Source of the DNA: a virus
Taxonomy: Duplodnaviria > Caudoviricetes
Virus record (IMG/VR): IMGVR_UViG_3300026196_000015
Coordinates: 1-42,197 of that record
Strand: one strand, 5' to 3'
Length of the DNA stretch: 42,197 nt
Shown here: positions 37,010 to 42,197 of the stretch, one piece after another
Position numbering within the stretch: the stretch's first letter is position 1
Layout of the letters: every line of letters begins with the position of its first letter
Position numbers and translations under genes: made by a program
The notes under the pieces: generated by a model
Told to the model about the DNA's origin: nothing
The model's database searches: none
Seen by the model: the letters and a program-made list of their open reading frames with translations, nothing else

Positions 37010-37341
37010 TGGCATCAGAACACGACACTCTAGTAAACCTCATCCTTGAGCATGCCAATAAAAATCCCTTCAGCATAGCTATCAACACAAAGCTGGAGCG
37101 CAGCAAAAAAACAGTTGGATGGTGGGATGTTGGCAGGTCTGACATCCACATGTGCCTCTTTGGTAGATTCATCGCAATAGAGGTCAAGATTCCTCCCGAT
37201 GACCAGAGAGACAGCCAGAAAGAATATGAAAAACGGCTGAATAAATCATACGGAAAATACTGGATTGTCAGAAGCTTTGAGGAGTATGAAGAAAAGTATC
37301 TGTCATTCGTAAGTGCTTATGCTGAGTTGAATGGAAACTAA
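37009..37341 (+). CDS. VRR-NUC family PD-(D/E)xK nuclease / resolvase
   Basis: GRSDI...GRFIAIEVK...QRDSQ...YWIVRS. Confidence 0.8.
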   Translation: MASEHDTLVNLILEHANKNPFSIAINTKLERSKKTVGWWDVGRSDIHMCLFGRFIAIEVKIPPDDQRDSQKEYEKRLNKSYGKYWIVRSFEEYEEKYLSFVSAYAELNGN

Positions 37342-37370
37342 TAAGATATTGGATAACAAGAACCGTAAAC

Positions 37371-37586
37371 ATGGAGAATGAGATGGAAGAAAACTTGATT
37401 GAGGGATTACAGCGAGAAATCAAGCGAAACAAAATGATTCTTGGATATTACGAAGAGATCCCGGAGGGTGCCTTTGGTGCGTCAATGATTAAGATGACTA
37501 TTAGCAGAGGTGAAAAAGCGTTGGTTTCCGATGATGTGGTAGAGATGTTACGTGCCTTCAGGGATTTGGAACATACAAAAGAATAA
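37371..37586 (+). CDS. Hypothetical protein
   Basis: 71 aa; YEEIPEGAFGA...DVVEML. Confidence 0.55.
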   Translation: MENEMEENLIEGLQREIKRNKMILGYYEEIPEGAFGASMIKMTISRGEKALVSDDVVEMLRAFRDLEHTKE

Positions 37587-37609
37587 ACTATACACAATTG
37601 GAGGATCAG

Positions 37610-37801
37610 ATGGCTAGGGAAAAGTTAATTTATAAGGAATGTTATAAAAAACCATATTTGCAATCTAGTGCCGCTCATTTAAAAAACCTTACTACTGAAT
37701 GCAGTGATGTTAGGATAATTGAAAGAGGAATTATAGAAATTGGGGGCGTTGAATATATCTTTAACACTTTACGTGTGTTAAATAGACGGCTTGACCAATA
37801 A
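37610..37801 (+). CDS. Hypothetical protein
   Basis: GGAGGA RBS within repeat; start ATG 37610. Confidence 0.5.
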   Translation: MAREKLIYKECYKKPYLQSSAAHLKNLTTECSDVRIIERGIIEIGGVEYIFNTLRVLNRRLDQ

Positions 37802-37835
37802 CTGTAGTTATAAACTATACACAAATGGAGGGTTC

Positions 37836-38000
37836 ATGAATTTTAAACAACTTTATATTCTTTTCGTTTTTACAGTAGTTATGCCATTTTGCGGATTTTT
37901 ACTTACGACTGAAAAAGTCGGAAATTGGGCATTTCTACTTATTGCTATGCAAATCCCGTGGTTTATCAAATCCGTGATTTTTAAGCTAAAAGAAGAATAA
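37836..38000 (+). CDS. Small 2-TM membrane protein
   Basis: GGAGG RBS in repeat; start ATG 37836. Confidence 0.5.
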   Translation: MNFKQLYILFVFTVVMPFCGFLLTTEKVGNWAFLLIAMQIPWFIKSVIFKLKEE

Positions 38001-38026
38001 CTGTAGTATAAACTATACACACAACT

Positions 38027-38488
38027 ATGAAAATATTAGATCCCTGCTGCGGCAGTAAAATGATGTGGTTCGATAAAGAAAACAAAGAAACTGTTTATGG
38101 GGATATAAGGGATGAAAGGCATATCCTTTGTGATGGCCGCAGTCTGAATATAAATCCAGACGTTCTGATTGATTTTACAAAGTTGCCATATGACAATGAA
38201 CAATTTCACTTAATAGTATTCGACCCTCCTCATTTGAAGAACGTTGGCAAAACATCTTGGATGGCAAAAAAGTTTGGAGTATTGGGAAGAGACTGGAAGG
38301 ATGATTTAAGAAGCGGATTTAGTGAGTGCTGGAGGGTGCTTAAGATAAACGGGACTTTGATTTTCAAATGGAATGAGACTCAAATTAAACTTGTCCAATT
38401 GCGGTCGCTTTTCCCTGCTCCGCCTCTTTTTGGACATACTACAACGAATAATCTTAAGACGCATTGGATTGTTTTTTATAAACCTTAA
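38027..38488 (+). CDS. SAM-dependent methyltransferase (amino-MTase motif; probably DNA)
   Basis: ILDPCCGS (motif I), VFDPPH (motif IV), RVLKINGTLIFKW. Confidence 0.8.
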   Translation: MKILDPCCGSKMMWFDKENKETVYGDIRDERHILCDGRSLNINPDVLIDFTKLPYDNEQFHLIVFDPPHLKNVGKTSWMAKKFGVLGRDWKDDLRSGFSECWRVLKINGTLIFKWNETQIKLVQLRSLFPAPPLFGHTTTNNLKTHWIVFYKP

Positions 38489-38539
38489 GCATAACTGTGG
38501 TTATAATTCAACTTATAACCAACAACCACTAGGCATAAA

Positions 38540-38716
38540 ATGAAGAAATTAAAAATTATATTGTTAGAAGTTGGGATATTTTTAGCAGGGATGATTACTG
38601 CTGGGAATTTAGTGTTTATTATTGGTTATAACATTGAATATCACGCTTCGTGGGTTAAGGTCGCTTTTTGTTGTTCTCTTGCCATATTTTTTGGAATTAT
38701 CAACCATCAAGATTAA
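38540..38716 (+). CDS. Small 2-TM membrane protein (58 aa; not in ORF track)
   Basis: Hand translation MKKLKIILLEVGIFLAG...FFGIINHQD; bounded by junction repeats. Confidence 0.5.
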   Translation: MKKLKIILLEVGIFLAGMITAGNLVFIIGYNIEYHASWVKVAFCCSLAIFFGIINHQD

Positions 38717-38738
38717 GCACACAACCATTGGAGGATCT

Positions 38739-38942
38739 ATGCCTGGGAAAATTGTTCCAGTTGATCATAGTTTGATAGAATATGCCAAGGAAATAAAATG
38801 TTCTGGATGCGGAGAATTACCAAAGATTTATCCGGAGGATAATACTGGGCCGTTTACAGTTGAATGCCCCCATTGTGGTTATGGTACTCTGTCATGGGCT
38901 TACCAACGTGAAGCCTGGGAGAACTGGAAAAACATTAACTGA
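38739..38942 (+). CDS. Zinc-finger protein (Lar-like pattern)
   Basis: CSGC...VECPHCG...EAWENW; RBS in repeat; start ATG 38739. Confidence 0.55.
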   Translation: MPGKIVPVDHSLIEYAKEIKCSGCGELPKIYPEDNTGPFTVECPHCGYGTLSWAYQREAWENWKNIN

Positions 38943-38950
38943 CAACAAAT

Positions 38951-39161
38951 GGAGCGGTAAAAATATAAACAAGCAGACAGGAAAGCACATCTTGATCGCA
39001 GGTTCGGACCTAGTATCGGGGAATAGATCGTTAAAGATGTTCTGTAATATCATGCTAGGATGATAAGTGAAGCCGGTTCAATTCCGGTGTTTATATGCAG
39101 GATGTGGATTGAACGCAAGTTGCCTAGGCAGAAAGACGATGAATCAATCCTGACCGCTCCG
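38951..39161 (+). ncRNA. Candidate structured non-coding RNA with tRNA-like T-arm
   Basis: Nested helices: GGAGCGGT/ACCGCTCC, ATATAAAC/GTTTATAT, ACATCTT/AAGATGT, TATCAT/ATGATA, GCCGG-TTCAATT-CCGGT, CAGGAT/ATCCTG. Confidence 0.6.
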
Positions 39162-39188
39162 CCCAACACAACCATTGGAGGATCTAAG

Positions 39189-39410
39189 ATGTCTGAAAAA
39201 GTTTGGAAATACTATCCTGACACCTGTCAGCTATGTTGTGGTGATTTGGAAGTTTACACAGATCCAGAAACAGAAGAGGGATGGGTAAACGATGGTGATA
39301 AGTTTCGATGCAAAAACTGTAAATGCTCTGGTCGTGCATATGTGCATGATGTTGATTGTGTCGTAATGTGGATGACAACCGATGAAAACGGTAATGATTT
39401 AAATCACTAA
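39189..39410 (+). CDS. Zinc-finger protein
   Basis: CQLC...CKNC; exactly bracketed by the 27-bp direct repeat; start ATG 39189. Confidence 0.6.
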   Translation: MSEKVWKYYPDTCQLCCGDLEVYTDPETEEGWVNDGDKFRCKNCKCSGRAYVHDVDCVVMWMTTDENGNDLNH

Positions 39411-39432
39411 CACAACCATTGGAGGATCTAAG

Positions 39433-39615
39433 ATGCACAAAATTGACGAATTATTAAAAGACAAGGAAATTTCGCAAGCATGCATTGATGGGAAATGGGT
39501 CGTAGCGAGACCGGAAAATTTTAAGAAAAAGTACACAACAATCAGATTCCGTTTGCGTGAGGCATGGAATGTTTTCACTGGTAAGGCTGAAACACTTTAT
39601 TATTATAAACAGTAA
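39433..39615 (+). CDS. Hypothetical protein (60 aa)
   Basis: GKWVVARPE...RLREAWNVFTGKA; RBS in repeat. Confidence 0.6.
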   Translation: MHKIDELLKDKEISQACIDGKWVVARPENFKKKYTTIRFRLREAWNVFTGKAETLYYYKQ

Positions 39616-39654
39616 ATAATTACAGTCACTAACATAACAAACGGAGCGGTGGCG

Positions 39655-40149
39655 ATGAAAAGAAGGTGGACTGAGGAAGAAGAAACATATCTAAAAGCAA
39701 ACTATGATAAAATGTTTCTTTCAGTGCTTGCCGAAAACATAGGCAGAAGTTATAGAGCTGTAAGAATTAAATGTATTAGGATGGGGTTGAAACTGTCCGA
39801 TGAAGAATACAGGAAAAGAATAATTCATTCTAATATGTTAAGGGATTATAATAACCAGTCTGGTAAAAACAACAATAATTGGAAAGGCGGTATTTCTATA
39901 AACAAATCTGAATACAGAATACTCCTTGATAAAAAATCACCTCAAAAAACAAAATGCAGAAGAAAGACATCCCAATTAGTAAGATCAGGAAAAATAAAAA
40001 AGAAGCCATGCATAATATGCAGTGAAATAAAAGTACATGCTCACCATGAAGATTACAATGACCCTTATAAAATTTTATGGCTGTGCCGTATCCACCATGA
40101 AGATATTCACAGAGGGAATCTTCATATTAGGTCAGATCTTAGAAATTAA
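39655..40149 (+). CDS. HNH endonuclease with N-terminal Myb-like HTH
   Basis: RRWTEEEETYL...GRSYRAV, GKNNNNWKGG, PCIIC...HAHHEDY..P..ILWLCRIHH..IH. Confidence 0.8.
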   Translation: MKRRWTEEEETYLKANYDKMFLSVLAENIGRSYRAVRIKCIRMGLKLSDEEYRKRIIHSNMLRDYNNQSGKNNNNWKGGISINKSEYRILLDKKSPQKTKCRRKTSQLVRSGKIKKKPCIICSEIKVHAHHEDYNDPYKILWLCRIHHEDIHRGNLHIRSDLRN

Positions 40150-40178
40150 ACTGGCCGCTCCATCAAACAAAGGAAAAT

Positions 40179-40385
40179 ATGCCAGATAAATACAGGAGAG
40201 AGATGCCAGACATAAATAGCGAGATGATGCGACTGCACGAGGCTGCTAATATGTCATGCCTAGAAATCCTGGAACTTAGAAAAAGAGTCTACGAGATGGA
40301 AACATTACTCTATGAATACGCCACCGGAAAGACTGACGACAAAGATATTATCGATTACGTTAGGAAGCATTTAGAAAACCTCTAA
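40179..40385 (+). CDS. Hypothetical protein
   Basis: AAGGA RBS; 68 aa. Confidence 0.5.
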   Translation: MPDKYRREMPDINSEMMRLHEAANMSCLEILELRKRVYEMETLLYEYATGKTDDKDIIDYVRKHLENL

Positions 40386-40449
40386 GCTAAGTAGAGATGA
40401 AATGGTTTGGCCAAATCAGAAGTAAGTATATTGCTCTTCAAATTTGACT

Positions 40450-40632
40450 ATGAACTCAAAAAGAAAATCGAGAATTAAAGCATTGCCTGTTGTCTCCATC
40501 TATTCCAAGATAAGCGGGCAGAAACTTATCAGAGTGTCTGTCCCGGTAGATCCTAATTTACAAGGCGATGTAAGAGAAAAAGAAATCTCTAAATACCTGA
40601 TTGAAAATATCATATCCTGGGAGGAAGAATGA
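40450..40632 (+). CDS. Hypothetical protein
   Basis: ATG 40450; ATGA overlap with next ORF. Confidence 0.45.
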   Translation: MNSKRKSRIKALPVVSIYSKISGQKLIRVSVPVDPNLQGDVREKEISKYLIENIISWEEE

Positions 40633-40793
40633 ACTCTTGGACTAAAGTTATAATAGGAATTTGGGCCTACGTCATAATCCAGACCATTCTGTTTGCCTTT
40701 ATTTTTATCCAGATGTCCAGGTACAGCGAACAGCTTTCAACACAGATCTGGAATGCCCAACAACAACTCTCTAATCAAATAGCGGAGGAATAA
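40629..40793 (+). CDS. Small single-TM protein (54 aa; not in ORF track)
   Basis: MNSWTKVIIGIWAYVIIQTILFAFIFIQM...; TAATG coupling to sqdB. Confidence 0.55.
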   Translation: MNSWTKVIIGIWAYVIIQTILFAFIFIQMSRYSEQLSTQIWNAQQQLSNQIAEE

Positions 40794-41839
40794 TGAGAAT
40801 TTTAATTCTTGGGGTAGACGGTTATCTTGGGTACCACACACAGAATTACATGAGAGATAAAGGCCATGAAGTCTACGGAATTGACTCGTTCATCAAGCGA
40901 GAAATCGGGGAGATGCCACTTGCCCAAAACATAATGCCTGGTTCAGATGCAAATTTCAGATGGATGTCCACTTTGGATTATGATGATCTTTGCGGTTTTA
41001 TAAGCCAGACACAACCTGAAGCGATTATTCATTACGCAGAGATACCATCAGCCCCTTTTTCCATGGAAAACGTTTTTAACGCCAGGAAAACGCAAGAAAA
41101 CAATATCTCTGGAACGCTCAATCTCTTATTTGCAATTAAGAAGTTCTGCCCGGATACTCATTTGATCAAGCTCGCATCGATGGGAGAATATGGTAGCCCT
41201 GGTTGTGATATACCTGAAGGATATATTGAAGACGGCCCTATGAAAGGTCTTCCTTTCCCGAAGTCTCCAAGCTCATTCTACCATCTCTCAAAAGTCCATG
41301 ACTCAAACAATATCATATTCGCCTGTAAAACATGGGGATTGAGAGCAACAGATCTCAACCAGGGGATCGTTTACGGTGGGAATGCCAAGTTCCAATATGA
41401 TTCTGTTTGGGGTACAGCCCTTAACAGGTTTATTGTTCAGGCTGTTTTGAGAGAGCCAATCACTGTTTACGGATCCGGAAATCAGCGCAGAGCTTTTCTG
41501 AATATCAAAGACACTCTTCAATGCGTTGAACTGGCCTGTCTTAATCCGGCTGAATTTGGGAAAATGAGAGTGTTTAACCAATTTACCCAGACATTCCAGA
41601 TAAATGAACTGGCTGAGATGGTATCTTTCAGATATGGCGTTGAAATAGAACATCTCGAAAATCCAAGAATTGAATCGGAAATATCCGACCTTGATGTAAA
41701 AAACACTTCCTTGATCAATCTGGGTCTGAAGCCTCACTTATTGGATGAATTTGTTCTTGATGAAATCTTCGAATTTGTGCTTGCCAATAAAAAAGACATC
41801 AGAAAAGAATTGCTGAAACCGAATATCAACTGGAGATAA
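40793..41839 (+). CDS. sqdB: UDP-sulfoquinovose synthase (SqdB/SQD1/Agl3 family extended SDR)
   Basis: LGVDGYLG, SAPFSM, NNISGTLNLLFAI, MGEYG, FYHLSKVHDS, WGLRATDLNQGIVYG, GTALNRF, RVFNQFT, NPRIE, LGLKPH: family-specific motifs beyond a generic epimerase. Confidence 0.88.
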   Translation: MRILILGVDGYLGYHTQNYMRDKGHEVYGIDSFIKREIGEMPLAQNIMPGSDANFRWMSTLDYDDLCGFISQTQPEAIIHYAEIPSAPFSMENVFNARKTQENNISGTLNLLFAIKKFCPDTHLIKLASMGEYGSPGCDIPEGYIEDGPMKGLPFPKSPSSFYHLSKVHDSNNIIFACKTWGLRATDLNQGIVYGGNAKFQYDSVWGTALNRFIVQAVLREPITVYGSGNQRRAFLNIKDTLQCVELACLNPAEFGKMRVFNQFTQTFQINELAEMVSFRYGVEIEHLENPRIESEISDLDVKNTSLINLGLKPHLLDEFVLDEIFEFVLANKKDIRKELLKPNINWR

Positions 41840-41840
41840 A

Positions 41841-42131
41841 ATGAGCGGATGGAGTGAGAACACAAAGGTTGATGAAGCGCCAATGTTCCGTGGTTTTGAC
41901 CAGCACATAGCCCAGAACTGGACTGATAAAAGCAGAGCATTTGCCATGCCTTTTAGCTGTTTTAAAGAAAATGAAAAGATTGTCCTGGAAGCTGTGATGG
42001 ATTATGCCAATGATAGAGGATATCTTATCACCGTGAGCGTATTAAGTGATGAGGCATGCAGGAATTTACGGATTGTCCGTGGGCCTGAAAACACTGTTGT
42101 TTATAACGCTATTTTGACGGTAAAGAAATGA
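41841..42131 (+). CDS. Hypothetical protein within the glycan operon
   Basis: 96 aa; starts 2 nt after sqdB and ends in an ATGA overlap with the GT2 start (42128 = position 58). Confidence 0.55.
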   Translation: MSGWSENTKVDEAPMFRGFDQHIAQNWTDKSRAFAMPFSCFKENEKIVLEAVMDYANDRGYLITVSVLSDEACRNLRIVRGPENTVVYNAILTVKK

Positions 42132-42197
42132 TAATAGCTGGCATGGCGACAATACCCGAAAGGGCCGAAACATTAAATAGTGTAATCGACAGTATTA
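42071..42197. repeat. Terminal direct repeat, copy 2
   Basis: Identical to 1..127. Confidence 0.95.

Larger units (their letters stand above)
37584..39435 (+). repeat. Family of related intergenic junction repeats (7 copies)
   Basis: TAAC-TGTRGT(T)ATAA and/or AACTATACAC at 37584, 37799, 37998, 38492; ACACAACCATTGGAGGATCTA at 38719, 39166, 39410; 39165-39191 and 39409-39435 identical over 27 bp. Confidence 0.8.

Noticed and set aside
37584-38520. True integron attC sites
   Set aside because: TAAC...GTTA cores are only 4 nt apart, far shorter than attC, and no integron integrase is present.
38951-39161. Canonical or amber-suppressor tRNA (CTA in the 39054-59 loop)
   Set aside because: Loop is 6 nt without a U33-type context, there is no D-arm or CCA, and the length is wrong; kept only as tRNA-like ncRNA. 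Several genes appear to use TAG as a normal stop.
38860-39188. ORF 38860..39063 and the N-terminal extension of 39060..39410
   Set aside because: No good RBS; they cross the structured element, and the repeat-borne RBS points to ATG 39189.
40179-40230. Short duplication ATGCCAGA..AAATA (MPDKY / MPDIN)
   Set aside because: Two short imperfect copies only; probably a local duplication or alternative start with no further support.

Overview
The window is an apparently complete, circularly assembled ~42,070 bp tailed-phage genome: bases 1..127 are identical to 42071..42197. It has two divergent arms. The minus arm (28951->3574) carries lysis genes, small proteins, a hexapeptide O-acetyltransferase, TerS/TerL and a BPP-1/epsilon15-type podovirus virion module: portal, scaffold, capsid, cement, tail tube A/B, three ejection proteins and a beta-helix tailspike. 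The plus arm (~29160->42070->3489) carries ERF + YqaJ recombination genes, an HTH regulator, an iteron-containing replication initiator + DnaB, VRR-NUC, a methyltransferase, an array of small genes separated by repeated junction motifs, an HNH gene, and a translationally coupled sulfo-glycan operon (UDP-sulfoquinovose synthase, sulfotransferase, three glycosyltransferases). No integrase, DNA polymerase or RNA polymerase was recognised. Main points of interest: (1) the 2339-aa ejection protein contains an ADP-ribosyltransferase domain, an AcrIF11-like anti-CRISPR ADP-ribosyltransferase domain and a zincin HExxH domain, i.e. a candidate virion-delivered anti-defence payload; (2) the phage-encoded sulfoquinovose/sulfate glycan system; (3) a nested tRNA-like structured RNA whose terminal stem is also found bracketing the neighbouring HNH gene. 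All family assignments come from motif recognition by eye; no database search was run.
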